This document shows, in pieces, positions 21,845-32,681 of a DNA stretch of 64,000 nt; the first letter of the stretch is position 1, and each line of letters opens with the position of its first letter. Both the position numbers and the translations under genes were made by a program. The notes under the pieces are model-generated. The model did no database searches and was not told where the DNA came from. It saw only the letters and a program-made list of their open reading frames with translations. Source of the stretch: Candidatus Bathyarchaeota archaeon (GTDB lineage Archaea; Thermoproteota; Bathyarchaeia; Bathyarchaeales; Bathycorpusculaceae); NCBI GenBank assembly GCA_963702095.1, contig OY969706.1:2848001-2912000 (forward strand), in the 5' to 3' direction.

Positions 21845-23187
21845 ACGCTACCTCCACCGACGATTGCGCCTACACCGCCTTTCGCCACTATTTCGTCGTC
21901 TTCGTAGACGACTGTGCCGTTGACGATGGTTTTGGCGACTTTGCCATAGAGGTCCCAGCCGTTGTAGGGGCTGAATTTGGCTTTGGATTTGAATTTGGAG
22001 GCGTTGATTTTGAATTGACGGTTATAGTCGATGATGGTGAGGTCTGCGTTTTTGCCTGCTTCGAGGTGGCCGCGGCTGGTTAAGCCGTAGATTTCTGCTG
22101 GTTTCTCAGCGAGTAGGGAGACAACTTGGTTAATTGTCAACTTGCGCTTTCTAACCATTGTCAACATCAGCGGCAGAGTCGTTTCCAGTCCGGGCACACC
22201 CACTTTGACGTCCCATATGCTGGCAGCTGACTTCTCCTCGATTGCGTGTGGCGCATGGTCGGAGCCGATGGTATCCACTGTGCTGTCTTCGATGCCCTTC
22301 CACAGTGCATCAACGTGGGTTCGGTCGCGTAGAGGCGGCGCAATAAGCAGCATGGAGCCTTGACGTAGCAATTCGTCGCTTGAAAGCATCAGATGGTCGG
22401 GCGTCACTTCACAGGTGACTTTTCTCTCTGCCTTTTTGGCCTCTGCAATTGCCGCCAGCCCTTCTTTGCTGGTGACGTGGCAGAAATGCAGCCGTACATC
22501 TGTTTCCTCGCTGGCTTTGAGTAGGCGCTGGATGGCTCGAAGTTCAACGGTTTCGTTGTGGGCTCGCAGGTAATCGGCTGTGGCGGTTTTTTGCTTTTTC
22601 TTGAGGTTTCCCTCACTCGCTACTATCATCGCGTGATCCTCCGCGTGCACTGCAACGAGGGCTTTCTGTTCGGCAGCGGCTTTGAGGGCTTCTCTTATGA
22701 CTGCATCATCGTCTACGTTTACTCCACCAGTTTGGTTGCCCATGAAAAACTTGAAGGCAACCGCGCCTTCGCCGATAACCTCTTTGATTTCGGGCAGGGT
22801 CTTTGGGAACTCGGAGTAGAAGCCGACGTTTACGAGGAGTTGGCGCCTGGCGGTTTGAATGCGATTGCGAAGGGTTTTGGCGCTCATGGTCGTGGGGTCG
22901 TTGTTGGGCATATCCAAAACTGTGGTAAATCCGCCAGCTGCAGCCGCTGAGGTGCCTGTGGAGAAGTCCTCTTTGTAGGCTCTGCCCTCATCCCGCAAGT
23001 GTACATGCTCATCGATTAACCCCGGAAGAACAAGCAAACCATGCAAGTCGGTTTTGGCGTCGGCTTGGGGCATGTGGGTTTCTCTGCCGATTTTCTGTAT
23101 TTTTCCTTCTTCGACGGCGATGCCGCAGTCTACGATTTGACCTTTGAGGTAGGCTTTGGCGTTTAGGAGGACAGAATCAACGATCAA
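21841..23187 (-). CDS. pyrC: Dihydroorotase-family amidohydrolase
   Basis: PGLIDEHVHLRD, GGFTTVLDMPN, GSDHAPH, SKAKFSPY. Confidence 0.85.
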   Translation of the reverse strand: MIVDSVLLNAKAYLKGQIVDCGIAVEEGKIQKIGRETHMPQADAKTDLHGLLVLPGLIDEHVHLRDEGRAYKEDFSTGTSAAAAGGFTTVLDMPNNDPTTMSAKTLRNRIQTARRQLLVNVGFYSEFPKTLPEIKEVIGEGAVAFKFFMGNQTGGVNVDDDAVIREALKAAAEQKALVAVHAEDHAMIVASEGNLKKKQKTATADYLRAHNETVELRAIQRLLKASEETDVRLHFCHVTSKEGLAAIAEAKKAERKVTCEVTPDHLMLSSDELLRQGSMLLIAPPLRDRTHVDALWKGIEDSTVDTIGSDHAPHAIEEKSAASIWDVKVGVPGLETTLPLMLTMVRKRKLTINQVVSLLAEKPAEIYGLTSRGHLEAGKNADLTIIDYNRQFKINASKFKSKAKFSPYNGWDLYGKVAKTIVNGTVVYEDDEIVAKGGVGAIVGGGSV

Positions 23188-23255
23188 GGCGGTTCACTGT
23201 ATGCAATAGCGGGTGGTTTACTAAAAAAGGTTATTTGCCCAAAAACGGGCGACTC

Positions 23256-24734
23256 TTAGCCTTTGACGACTGCGATGGGTACTAAACGGGCGACTTTAGT
23301 GGCGATGCCCAGAGTGTCGCTGACTTCGGCGACTATGTCCACGTTCTTGTATGCTGCGTCCGCTTCTTCTGCCAACACGGATGCGCTGGCTGCTCGGACG
23401 GTTATACCCCGTTTTTCGAGGCTGCTTTTAACGTCTGCGCCCCAGAACTGCCTTTTCGCCGCTGAACGACTCATCATGCGACCGGCGCCGTGTGCAGTGG
23501 AGCCAAATGTGAGTTCCATGGCTTTCTGTGTGCCCACAAGCACCCATGAACTGGTACCCATGCTGCCCGGAATCAAAACGGGCTGCCCTTCACTGCGGTA
23601 ATCCTCGGGGACTGCTTCATGCCCCGGTGGAAACGCGCGGGTGGCGCCTTTGCGGTGGACCCAGACTTTTCGGTTGACGCCGTCTATGTCGTGGGTTTCC
23701 ACCTTGGCGATGTTGTGGGCGACGTCGTAGACGAGGTTTAATCCGAATTTTTCGGGGTCCGTACCGTAGACCTGCTGGAAGCTCTGGCGAACCCAGTGCA
23801 TAATCGCCTGTCGATTGCAAAACGCGTAGTTGACGGCGCATGCCATGGCTTCGATGTAGTCTTTGGCTTCGGGGCTGCTGCCGGGTGCACAGGCTAATTC
23901 GCGGTCAGGCAAGGTGATCTTGTATTTTTGGACGGCGTGTTCCATGACGCGGAGGTAGTCGCTGCAGACTTGGTGTCCGTAGCCGCGGCTGCCGCAGTGA
24001 ATCATGACGGTGACTTGGCCTTCATGGGTTAATCCGAAGGCTTTAGCGGTTTTGGGGTTGAGGATTTTGTCGACTTTCTGGATTTCCAAGAAGTGGTTGC
24101 CGCTGCCCAAGGTGCCAATCTGCGATAATCCCCGGCTTTTGGCTGTGTGTGAGACTTTGTCGGGGTTGGCGTTTTTCATCTGGCCGTTTTCTTCGCAGTG
24201 TTTGGCGTCTTCTGCCCAGCCTAATCCTTGGTCGATTAGCCACTGGACGCCTTCGACGGCTAAGGTGTCTAAGTCGCGGTTGGATACGGTTAGGTCTTTT
24301 CGGCGGCTTCCTAAACCGGAGGGAACATTGCGGAAGATGGCTTCGGCGAGCGGCGCAAGTTTGGGTCGGATGTCTTTGTCGGTGACGTTGGTGGCGAGCA
24401 GGCGGACTCCACAGTTTATGTCATAGCCGACGCCGCCGGGGCTGATGACACCTTCGGTGTAGTCGGTGGCTGCGACGCCTCCGATGGGGAACCCGTAGCC
24501 TTCATGTCCGTCGGGCAACGTTATGGCGTGTTTGTAGATGCCAGGTAACTGGGCGACGTTGCTGCACTGCCAAAGGGTGCGGTCAGTTTTCATCTTGTCT
24601 AGCAGTGCCTGGTTTGCAAAAACCATGCCTGGAACCCGCATCGCTGGTTTGTACTTAGGAATCTGCCACATGCAATCGTTAACTTTCTCTAGTGGAACCC
24701 GTTCGGGAGTTGCTCTGCTTTCACTTTCACCCAA
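23256..24734 (-). CDS. rtcB: RNA-splicing ligase RtcB
   Basis: LPDGHEGYGFPIGG, GYDINCG, GTLGSGNHF, HCGSRG, HNIAK, HGAGR; no intein. Confidence 0.96.
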   Translation of the reverse strand: MGESESRATPERVPLEKVNDCMWQIPKYKPAMRVPGMVFANQALLDKMKTDRTLWQCSNVAQLPGIYKHAITLPDGHEGYGFPIGGVAATDYTEGVISPGGVGYDINCGVRLLATNVTDKDIRPKLAPLAEAIFRNVPSGLGSRRKDLTVSNRDLDTLAVEGVQWLIDQGLGWAEDAKHCEENGQMKNANPDKVSHTAKSRGLSQIGTLGSGNHFLEIQKVDKILNPKTAKAFGLTHEGQVTVMIHCGSRGYGHQVCSDYLRVMEHAVQKYKITLPDRELACAPGSSPEAKDYIEAMACAVNYAFCNRQAIMHWVRQSFQQVYGTDPEKFGLNLVYDVAHNIAKVETHDIDGVNRKVWVHRKGATRAFPPGHEAVPEDYRSEGQPVLIPGSMGTSSWVLVGTQKAMELTFGSTAHGAGRMMSRSAAKRQFWGADVKSSLEKRGITVRAASASVLAEEADAAYKNVDIVAEVSDTLGIATKVARLVPIAVVKG

Positions 24735-24779
24735 AATCTTTCACCTTGCAACACAGAAGAGTTGCAGATTATAAAATGT

Positions 24780-25700
24780 TTATGACTGTTCTTTAGCCAA
24801 CTTTGTCTTGGCGTATTCGACGAAGCCACGGACACAGTTTTCCAGCACTGTCTTCTTGTAAATGGGGTGGTCTTTGACGTAGGTCTGTATTTGTGTCATA
24901 ACTGGGTCAGCTTTGATTATGTCGTCGCGGATTTGCTCGAGGGATTTGTTGGCTTTGACGCCTGCTTCGGCAACATTTGCCCAGAGTTGAAGCTGCACCT
25001 TGTAGGCTTTGAGGCGCTCGATGGCGTGGTCTGCTTTGCCGAAATGGCTAAAGTAGAGTGCCGTAGGCTGTAGGGCAATGAGTTTATCAAGCGACGCCAA
25101 CGCGGATTCAAGATAAAACGGAGGCGGCGTAGTCGGAACCACCACCCCGCATTCTGGCAGGTAGGTGCCTGCGGCGTCGCCGGGAAACACTCCGCAGTTA
25201 AAAGGCTCCTGAAAACTGAGGTTGTGCGAGGCATGCCCCAAGGTTTCGGTAACCAGAAGCTTGTTGCCGCCGCCCAGGTCGATGTTGCCCTCGGTCATGG
25301 TGATTATGCGGTCCTTGGGGACAGGTTCGGGTTTGCCGAAGACTTCGCTGACGTAGCCAAGCACTGCCTGCGAGGAAGGCCACAACCGTTCGGGGTCGAT
25401 TAGGTGGGGTGCGCCGCGTAGGTGCACGATGACTTTGGCGTTTGGCAGCGACTTGAGTAATGTGCCTGCTCCGCCGCCGTGGTCAAGGTGAACATGGGTA
25501 ACCGCCACGTACTGGACTAATTCAGGTTTAATATTTAGTTCCTGCAGGGCACTGAGGAGCCGCGGCACCGAATTGGTCTGCCTAGACTCCACAAGCAAAG
25601 GGGTTTCGCCGCACAGGATGTAGCTGCATATGAGTTGTTTGATGCCGCCTGTTTCAAGTTCAACTTGGTAGAGGTTTCTTCCAATTTGCTTGGTATGCAT
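24780..25700 (-). CDS. Metallo-beta-lactamase-fold hydrolase
   Basis: THVHLDHGGG, GHASH, GDAAG, HFG motifs; start set at ATG 25700. Confidence 0.88.
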   Translation of the reverse strand: MHTKQIGRNLYQVELETGGIKQLICSYILCGETPLLVESRQTNSVPRLLSALQELNIKPELVQYVAVTHVHLDHGGGAGTLLKSLPNAKVIVHLRGAPHLIDPERLWPSSQAVLGYVSEVFGKPEPVPKDRIITMTEGNIDLGGGNKLLVTETLGHASHNLSFQEPFNCGVFPGDAAGTYLPECGVVVPTTPPPFYLESALASLDKLIALQPTALYFSHFGKADHAIERLKAYKVQLQLWANVAEAGVKANKSLEQIRDDIIKADPVMTQIQTYVKDHPIYKKTVLENCVRGFVEYAKTKLAKEQS

Positions 25701-25832
25701 AATGGTTCGCCAGAATAATGGTGAAAGAGTATTTTGAAGCATAAACTTTTCCACCAAAAATCCACAAAAAAGATCTCTAAATTTCCCAAAGTTGCTGAGT
25801 CGGTTTACCTAATGCCTGACTGTTGAAGGTAA

Positions 25833-26387
25833 TTATTCTGCTTCTTGAGATAGCCCTTCTTTTTCGGAAAGTGAAATCGGCGGAATTCCTTTATTGACCG
25901 GAATTTCCTTTAGAGTCATAGAGGCTGCTTTTTTGGTTTGTGCGTTTGCCCACAAATCAAGAGCCAACATGATTAAGTAGGGAATGGCTAAGTATAATCC
26001 TGCCAAAAAGGGGTTACTTAAAAATGCTACAACAGTGAACAACTGCGTAATGTCAAATTGAGTGTAGGTCAAAAGTAAGCCCTGTATTGAAAGCGCCAAA
26101 ACAGCCAATATCAAGCAAACCGTGTATTGGACTAAAATGCTTCTCTTTTTGCCCAAAAGCAACGCGGGAATAACAGAAGATAAAACAAAGATCCAAGTAA
26201 AGGCGTAAATAAAAACAATCAAGTCGATGTTTTGGCTGATCCATAATGCTACGGTTGGAGAGACATAGTTAACGTAGACTGCTACGGTTTTAACGGCGGT
26301 ATCAGTAAATAATTGGTAAGTTACGGTTAATATCCATGAAATAGATAAATACACGGGAGTCAAAACACCCGCTTTAATTTCAAGCAC
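25833..26387 (-). CDS. Hypothetical membrane protein
   Basis: 184-aa ORF with about 4 hydrophobic segments. Confidence 0.7.
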   Translation of the reverse strand: MLEIKAGVLTPVYLSISWILTVTYQLFTDTAVKTVAVYVNYVSPTVALWISQNIDLIVFIYAFTWIFVLSSVIPALLLGKKRSILVQYTVCLILAVLALSIQGLLLTYTQFDITQLFTVVAFLSNPFLAGLYLAIPYLIMLALDLWANAQTKKAASMTLKEIPVNKGIPPISLSEKEGLSQEAE

Positions 26388-26534
26388 TCTCCTAGGGATA
26401 CTTACTTAAAACCGAGTGATAGTATTCTTATCAATCTGGCACTTAATAACATATGTGACTACTCACCAACTACAACAGAAGGCTGTATTTCATTCAGTAA
26501 GTAGCCATGATAGTTTAATTTAAAGTATTCACGT

Positions 26535-27734
26535 CTAAACTACGCAATTGTTGGCTGCTGGGTCATCCGCTTTTGGCTCTTGAACAGCTTTTCTTCCAGC
26601 AACAAAAGGAATGATTAGAGAAACAATTAACGTCGCAACAATCACTAAAGAGAAACCCGCCTCACTCAAGAAACCTTCGCTTAAAGCTACCGTTGCGATA
26701 ACTATGCCGATGGCACCTTTCCCCCCAAGAATACCCGCCAACTGTTTAGGAACCAAATCCACCTTAGATAAGACTCTTTTTGAGGTAAGATAAGTCAAAG
26801 AAACCCCCACACCCAACGCTATTGCTATGAGCAAAGCCATGCCGACATAGAAAAGGTAGTCTATCCCAGACAACATCACTTCAACCCCTGCAAAACCAAA
26901 GAAGAGGGGAACAAAGAAAATACTATTCATGGTGGAAAGCGTCTGAGAAATTCTGTCACAAGCTTTTCTTCCAATCAAGCCATCATGTAAAAATAACCCT
27001 GCAAAGAAAGCGCCTAAAATATAGCTCAGACCAATGTTTTGGAAGACAGCTGAAATGAGTAGGGCAATAACGATTAGTAAGGCAAACGCAAAGTCTTGTC
27101 TCTTGAAAAATTTTCCCGCTCGGGCTAAAAATTTTTGGAATAATTCTGGTTTTCGATTTAACAAGAAATCTGAGACAGCATAGAAGCCTATGAAAAGGCA
27201 AACTTCAAGTGAAATTTTCTATTGGTCTTAAAATTCCTGCAAGGAAAATAAACGCTAACACATCCGATATAGTGACAGGCGCAAGCATAATTTGTCCAGC
27301 GGTTGTTTTGATCAGGTTATACTGCCAAATAAGAACGGAAACTATGGAAAGTGAAGGCACAGCAATTGCCAGGGCAAGGACAAAAATCTCTGAAGTGCCG
27401 AAAGGAAAGATAAGCAGCGCTATAAGCACCATCAAAACCAGTGGAATCAAAAAACTGGTAATTGAGATCAAAGAGGCAACTCGGAGTCTTCCCTGTATCA
27501 TTTGTGTTTTCATTTCAAAGCCGATATGAAATATTATGAAGAACAAAGCGATTGATGAGATGGCTCTTAAGGGGTCGTCGGCAACGACTAAGCCAAGCAG
27601 AGAGGGACCAATTATCATTCCGCTTAGGATTTCTCCAACAACCGAGGGAAGGCGAAAACGCTCGAAAAGTTCACCCAATAAGATTGCGGCGGCTAGAACA
27701 ATGAGGATATCGGTTATAATGCTAACGGTTCCAC
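26535..27734 (-). pseudogene. Cation:proton antiporter (CPA2/Kef-type), indels at about 27216 and 27730 (possibly sequencing errors)
   Basis: ORFs 27205-27678 (LPSVVGEILSGMIIGPSLLG) and 26535-27164 (LGAFFAGL, FFVPLFF) are consecutive halves of one protein. Confidence 0.8.
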
Positions 27735-27867
27735 GTGAATCGTTATTACTCTGGTAAAGGGCTATTTCTTATTTGTGACCGTAAATACAGGCATTATTTG
27801 ATCTGAACGTAAGAATTAATTTATACACCTACGGAACCTTAGTAATGAAAACTGTGGGTAGAATATT

Positions 27868-28215
27868 ATGGCTGTCTTTTCAGTATCAACCTATGTTGTT
27901 AAACCCGACAAGCGCAAAGAGCATACAGCTTGGGGCAAGGCTCTTGTTGCATCCATGAAGGAGCAACCTGGACTGTTTAAGGAAGTTAGGAGCCTTCGTG
28001 TGCTTAGCCAAAAAGACGGCGACACCAGAAGATACCTTGCCATCTGGGAATTCAAAAACCAAGCAGACCTCAAAAACTGGCGCAAGAAGCTTCAAAAACT
28101 CAAGGAAGGAACTGATTTAACCTCCGATTTCCCGTCTCTGATAGAGCCCGACACTTTTTCAAACAACACATGGAAACCTGTCAAGTCAATGCGGAGAGTG
28201 CACCCTTCCCAGTAG
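27868..28215 (+). CDS. Small protein, possible dimeric alpha-beta barrel (ABM-like)
   Basis: TYVVKPDKRKEH..RYLAIWEFKNQADL pattern. Confidence 0.55.
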   Translation: MAVFSVSTYVVKPDKRKEHTAWGKALVASMKEQPGLFKEVRSLRVLSQKDGDTRRYLAIWEFKNQADLKNWRKKLQKLKEGTDLTSDFPSLIEPDTFSNNTWKPVKSMRRVHPSQ

Positions 28216-28299
28216 CAAGACCCAGAAGAAACAGTGCAGACAACAAACCTTAATTATCAAATCCTTTCTAAAACAAGCAATTAACAGGTGAAAAATTAA

Positions 28300-28953
28300 G
28301 TGAAAGCTATTATCTTTGGTGCGCCAGGCGCGGGGAAAGGCACGTATTCCTCGAGGCTGCAGGCTAAGCTTGGCGTCGACGTTATCGCCATGGGAGACAT
28401 TTTCCGTGAATCCGTTAAACAGGACTCTGCTTTGGGCAGAAAAGTCAAAAGCTACGTTGAAAAGGGCGCTTTGGTCCCAGACGACGTAGTCGTGGAAGTC
28501 CTAAAAGACCGCTTGGCAAAAGTGCCCAAGGGCAAAGGTTTTATCCTCGACGGGTTCCCACGCACCATCGAACAAGCCAAAACCTTGGAAGGCATCACCA
28601 AAATCGACGTTATCCTGCAACTCGACGTCCCAGACGAAATCATCATCCAACGCCTCAGCTCCAGACGCATTTGCAAGAAATGCGGCGAAGTCTACAACAT
28701 CCGCTTCTTAAAACCCAAAGTGGAAGGCGTCTGCGACAAATGCGGAGGCGAACTCTACCAACGTGCAGACGACAACCCTGAAGTCATCAAAAATCGCTTA
28801 CAAGTCTACAAGGACCAGACTGAACCGTTGATCGAATACTACAAGGAAAAGAATGTTCCCTTCGTCGTCAGCGGCACTAAAACGCTGGATTCGCCGCCTG
28901 ACCCAATGGTCGCCAAGATGCTAGATGACCTAAAGAAATTGGGCATCAGCTAA
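28300..28953 (+). CDS. adk: Adenylate kinase (long, Zn-lid type)
   Basis: GAPGAGKGT, GFILDGFPRT, CKKC..CDKC lid, QRADD. Confidence 0.95.
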   Translation: MKAIIFGAPGAGKGTYSSRLQAKLGVDVIAMGDIFRESVKQDSALGRKVKSYVEKGALVPDDVVVEVLKDRLAKVPKGKGFILDGFPRTIEQAKTLEGITKIDVILQLDVPDEIIIQRLSSRRICKKCGEVYNIRFLKPKVEGVCDKCGGELYQRADDNPEVIKNRLQVYKDQTEPLIEYYKEKNVPFVVSGTKTLDSPPDPMVAKMLDDLKKLGIS

Positions 28954-29417
28954 ATATCAAGGATAAACTCCAAGATCACCCGTTCGGGTTCGCGAATAAC
29001 AACCATAAGGTGGTAGGTTACCGCTTTCACCCCGACTTTTTGAGGGTGTTTTTTGGGGTCAAACTTTTCTCCCCACACCTTCGCTTTGAACTTGAAGGTT
29101 TCAGCGGTTTCTTTCCAATCGCTAATTCCAAATCGACTGTAGAGCATGCCTTCGGTTTCAAATTTTACCAACAGAGCCTCAAGCCAATTGTAGAGCAAAG
29201 CATACTGATCTTCAGCTTCTACCTCTAAGGACTCCTCGGTGGTCTGGGCGATTTCGGTGCTGTCCGTCATCGTTTCAAACATGGCCAAAGCCGCGTTCTG
29301 GTAGGCTTCTTCCATATTAACTCCATGCGCACGAACGTAGACGTCGGCGGTGTGCTCCAGAAACTCAAATTTACCCGCAAATTTGTCGGGTTGCGTTTTT
29401 TTGTCCTGTTTGCTCAT
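28950..29417 (-). CDS. Archease
   Basis: FEFLEHTADV, GEKFDPKKH, VKAVTYH, C-terminal LDI; start ATG 29417. Confidence 0.93.
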   Translation of the reverse strand: MSKQDKKTQPDKFAGKFEFLEHTADVYVRAHGVNMEEAYQNAALAMFETMTDSTEIAQTTEESLEVEAEDQYALLYNWLEALLVKFETEGMLYSRFGISDWKETAETFKFKAKVWGEKFDPKKHPQKVGVKAVTYHLMVVIREPERVILEFILDI

Positions 29418-29481
29418 GCCCAGTAACCTGCTTAAGAACAAGAGGAGTGCGAGGTAAAAACAGTTTCCCCCAAAAAAACGG

Positions 29482-29943
29482 TTAGAGCCTGCTAATCTTT
29501 TCGAGTGCAAGGTAGCTTTCTACTACCGAGCAGATCAGTTTATGGCAAACTTTTTCGAACGCCTTGTTTTCACGTGCCTTGGCCGCCTGCGCTGGATCAG
29601 ATAAGTCATATCCAAAGAGGTCTCCACACATTACGGTGCCATGCTGCTTCTCAAACTGCTTAAACAGGGCCTTAGCAGCGGCGTAAGCCTCTGCACGTTT
29701 CTCAACGCCAACCTCGTTGGTGCCATATTTTATGCCGACTGCCATTAATCCGCCTGTTAATGCACCGCAGACTGAACCACACCTTCCTATGCCGCCGCCA
29801 AACCCAGTGGCAATCTTGGGTATAAGCTCATTTTTGCTTTGGGGATCAATGTGCTCTGCCAATGTTAACAGGACACTCTGTGCGCAGTTGTAGCCGCCTC
29901 GAAAGTAAGTCACGGCTTTTTGGCATAGCTCTTCGTTTGACAT
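29482..29943 (-). CDS. C-GCAxxG-C-C family redox protein
   Basis: YNCAQSV, GFGGGIG, VCGALTG and two distal Cys. Confidence 0.88.
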   Translation of the reverse strand: MSNEELCQKAVTYFRGGYNCAQSVLLTLAEHIDPQSKNELIPKIATGFGGGIGRCGSVCGALTGGLMAVGIKYGTNEVGVEKRAEAYAAAKALFKQFEKQHGTVMCGDLFGYDLSDPAQAAKARENKAFEKVCHKLICSVVESYLALEKISRL

Positions 29944-29956
29944 GGTTTTGGCTTCG

Positions 29957-31000
29957 CTAGAAGTATTTGGTGGCTTTCTCTATGGCTGTAGCGGTGAGTT
30001 TGGCGCAGTTTTCGATGTCTTTTAAGTTTAGGATGCCGACGGGGCTGTGAATGTAGCGGGTGGGGATGGAGATGTTTCCGCTTGGAATCCCCTGCCTTGT
30101 GAGGCTTATGCGTGCGGCGTCAGTGCTGCCCAATAAGCCAGATTCGATTTGGAACGGAATCTTTTCTTTTTCCGCCGTTTCGGTGAGCCACCGCAAAATT
30201 TTGGGGTGAGTAATCAAGCCGGAGTCGCTAATGGTGAGTGCCGGTCCCTTGCCCATTTTTACGCTTGTATCGTATTCCCGTACGCCTGGCACGTCGCCTG
30301 CGATGGTTACGTCCAACGCAATTGCTAAGTCGGGGTCAACGCCGAAAGCCGCCACAGCTGCCCCACGCAACCCCACCTCTTCCTGCACAGTGCCCACAGC
30401 GCAGACAGTGCACTCGGTTTTTTGCAGCAGTTTCATGGCTTCAACCATGACTACGCATCCAGCGCGGTTATCAAACGCTTTACCCATCGCCACATCGCCG
30501 CCCAACTTGGCATATTGGACGTTAAACGCGATTGGGTCGCCGACTGCCACACCCATTTTGACCGCGTCTTCTTTGCTTTCTGCGCCGATGTCTATGAAGA
30601 GGTCGTCGAAGGTGATGATTTTTTTGCGTTCCTCCTCTTTCTGGATATGTGGAGGCTTGGAGCCGATGACACCCTGGTACGCGGTTTCTCTGGTGTAGAC
30701 AACGACCCTCTGTGCGGGTAAGATGCGGTCGTCGATGCCGCCCATTTTGCTGAATTGTATGAAGCCTTCTTTGGTTAGGGTTTTCACCATTAACCCGACT
30801 TCATCCATATGTGCCGCCAACATGATTTTGGGGGCTTTAGCTGCGCCTTTTTTGATGGCTATGACGTTTTCCATTCGGTCAAATTGGATTTCGTCTGCGT
30901 AGGGCTTTAGCATTTCTGCGAGGAGGTCTCGGACTTGGGTTTCTCTGCCCGTGACTCCGCAGGCGTTTGAAAGTTTCTCTAAGTTCTGGTTCAACGACAA
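29957..31000 (-). CDS. M42-family (TET) aminopeptidase
   Basis: AAHMDEVG, KAFDNRAG, QEEVGLRGA, LDVT, RYIHSP. Confidence 0.93.
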   Translation of the reverse strand: MSLNQNLEKLSNACGVTGRETQVRDLLAEMLKPYADEIQFDRMENVIAIKKGAAKAPKIMLAAHMDEVGLMVKTLTKEGFIQFSKMGGIDDRILPAQRVVVYTRETAYQGVIGSKPPHIQKEEERKKIITFDDLFIDIGAESKEDAVKMGVAVGDPIAFNVQYAKLGGDVAMGKAFDNRAGCVVMVEAMKLLQKTECTVCAVGTVQEEVGLRGAAVAAFGVDPDLAIALDVTIAGDVPGVREYDTSVKMGKGPALTISDSGLITHPKILRWLTETAEKEKIPFQIESGLLGSTDAARISLTRQGIPSGNISIPTRYIHSPVGILNLKDIENCAKLTATAIEKATKYF

Positions 31001-31094
31001 ATCCGTGTGCCTTCTGTTTGTGTGGGGTAAGGTGAGAGATGTTAATTATTAAACGGTTACGGTTGGGTCATCATAGGCGGAGAGTGCAACATGC

Positions 31095-31211
31095 GCTTGT
31101 AGTTTACTCCACATCTAGACCGCAATACGTTTCCGTTGCAGAACGCAAAACAAAGCCGTCCGCCAAGTCCGCTGGTAGATGATGAGTAAGGGGCGCTCTG
31201 CCTTCATCTAA
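31095..31211 (-). repeat. Dispersed intergenic element, family 2, copy F
   Basis: Minus strand: TTAGATGAAG-N17-CATCATCTAC C, 49-nt spacer, TGCGGTCTAGATGTGGAGTAAACTACAAGC. Confidence 0.8.
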
Positions 31212-31343
31212 CAATAGAACAACTAAAAGCTCGAAATTTTGATCCGCTGTTATAGGACATAGCGAGATTGCGCCTAAATTAGGCTGTGGTAAAGTTAAAT
31301 AGCACATATCCCCAGTTAGAGAATTAACCCACAGTGACCCCAA

Positions 31344-32633
31344 ATGTTAGATATCAAGCTTATCCGCGAAAACCCCGCGCTTGTCAGAGAAAACTTGGCG
31401 AAACGCAACAGCCCCGAATGCCTCCAAATGCTCGACGACCTAATCGCCCTCGACAAAGATTGGCGCCTAAACAACACCAAACTAAACGACCTCCGACACG
31501 ACCGCAAACAATGCACCATAGAAATCGCTAAACTAAAAAAAGCCGGCAAAGAAGCCGACGACGAAGTCTACAAGGCACAGGATATCGACCAAAAAATCAA
31601 ATTGATAGAGAAACAAGTCAGCGCGCAAGAAACAAAAATCCGCACTTATCTGCTCACCTTGCCCAACCTCCTTGACCCCACAGTGCCCTATGGCAAAGAC
31701 TCAAACGACAACGTCACAGTCAAAAAATGGGGCACCATCCCCCAGTTCACCTTCCCAGTGAAAAACCACATTGACCTCGCCATTGCGCTTGATCAAGTGG
31801 ACATGGAGCGGGCGGGCAAAGTGGCTGGTGCACGGTTTTTCTACCTCAAAAACGACGTAGCCAGACTTGACATGGCACTCATGTGTTTCGCCATCGACGA
31901 ACTCTCCAAGAAAGGCTACAGTGCAATAGTTCCGCCCTACCTTATGACGCGGGAAGCTTATGAAGGCGTGACTTCACTGGCGGATTTCGCAGATGTCCTC
32001 TACAAGGTGGAAGGCGAAGACCTCTACTTAATCGCCACCAGCGAGCACCCGATGGCAGCCATGTACATGAATGAAACCCTCAAACAAAACGACCTCCCAA
32101 TCAAGTTGGCGGGGGTAAGCACCTGTTTCCGCAAAGAAGCAGGTGCACACGGAAAAGACACCCGTGGCATCTTCCGCACCCACCAATTCAACAAGATCGA
32201 GCAATTCATTTTCTGCATGCCTGAGGACTCTGTTGGGCTGCATGAGGAACTGCTTGAAAACGCCGAGGGCATAGTCCAGAAACTCGGATTGGCTTACAGG
32301 GTGGTTAACGTCTGCACAGGCGACATAGGCACTGTAGCAGCCAAAAAATACGACATAGAAGCTTGGATGCCGGCGCAGGGAGATTACCGCGAAGTGGTCT
32401 CCTGCAGCAACTGCACCGACTACCAGGCACGCCGCTTAAACATCAAATACCGCCTAAAAGAAGGCGCACCCCCGCTGGGCCCAGTCCATACGCTGAACTC
32501 AACCGCTGTGGCAACTGGCAGAACCATCGTAGCTATCTTGGAAAACAACCAGAATGAGGATGGCTCCGTAACTGTTCCTGAAGTGCTAAGAAAATACATG
32601 AGCAACATCGAGAAGATAACAGCTAAACACTAA
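31344..32633 (+). CDS. serS: Serine--tRNA ligase
   Basis: MLDIKLIR, ATSEHP, FRKEAG..GIFRTHQFNK, SCSNCTDYQARRL, HTLNST. Confidence 0.97.
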   Translation: MLDIKLIRENPALVRENLAKRNSPECLQMLDDLIALDKDWRLNNTKLNDLRHDRKQCTIEIAKLKKAGKEADDEVYKAQDIDQKIKLIEKQVSAQETKIRTYLLTLPNLLDPTVPYGKDSNDNVTVKKWGTIPQFTFPVKNHIDLAIALDQVDMERAGKVAGARFFYLKNDVARLDMALMCFAIDELSKKGYSAIVPPYLMTREAYEGVTSLADFADVLYKVEGEDLYLIATSEHPMAAMYMNETLKQNDLPIKLAGVSTCFRKEAGAHGKDTRGIFRTHQFNKIEQFIFCMPEDSVGLHEELLENAEGIVQKLGLAYRVVNVCTGDIGTVAAKKYDIEAWMPAQGDYREVVSCSNCTDYQARRLNIKYRLKEGAPPLGPVHTLNSTAVATGRTIVAILENNQNEDGSVTVPEVLRKYMSNIEKITAKH

Positions 32634-32681
32634 ACCCTCTCTGTTGCATCAGTAAATCGACCGCTGGTTTGTTTTTCTTTA

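Noticed and set aside
31076-31214. Box C/D or H/ACA guide RNA (ATGATGA; hairpin followed by ACA)
   Set aside because: No CTGA D box and the hairpin is too short; better explained as family 2 copy F.
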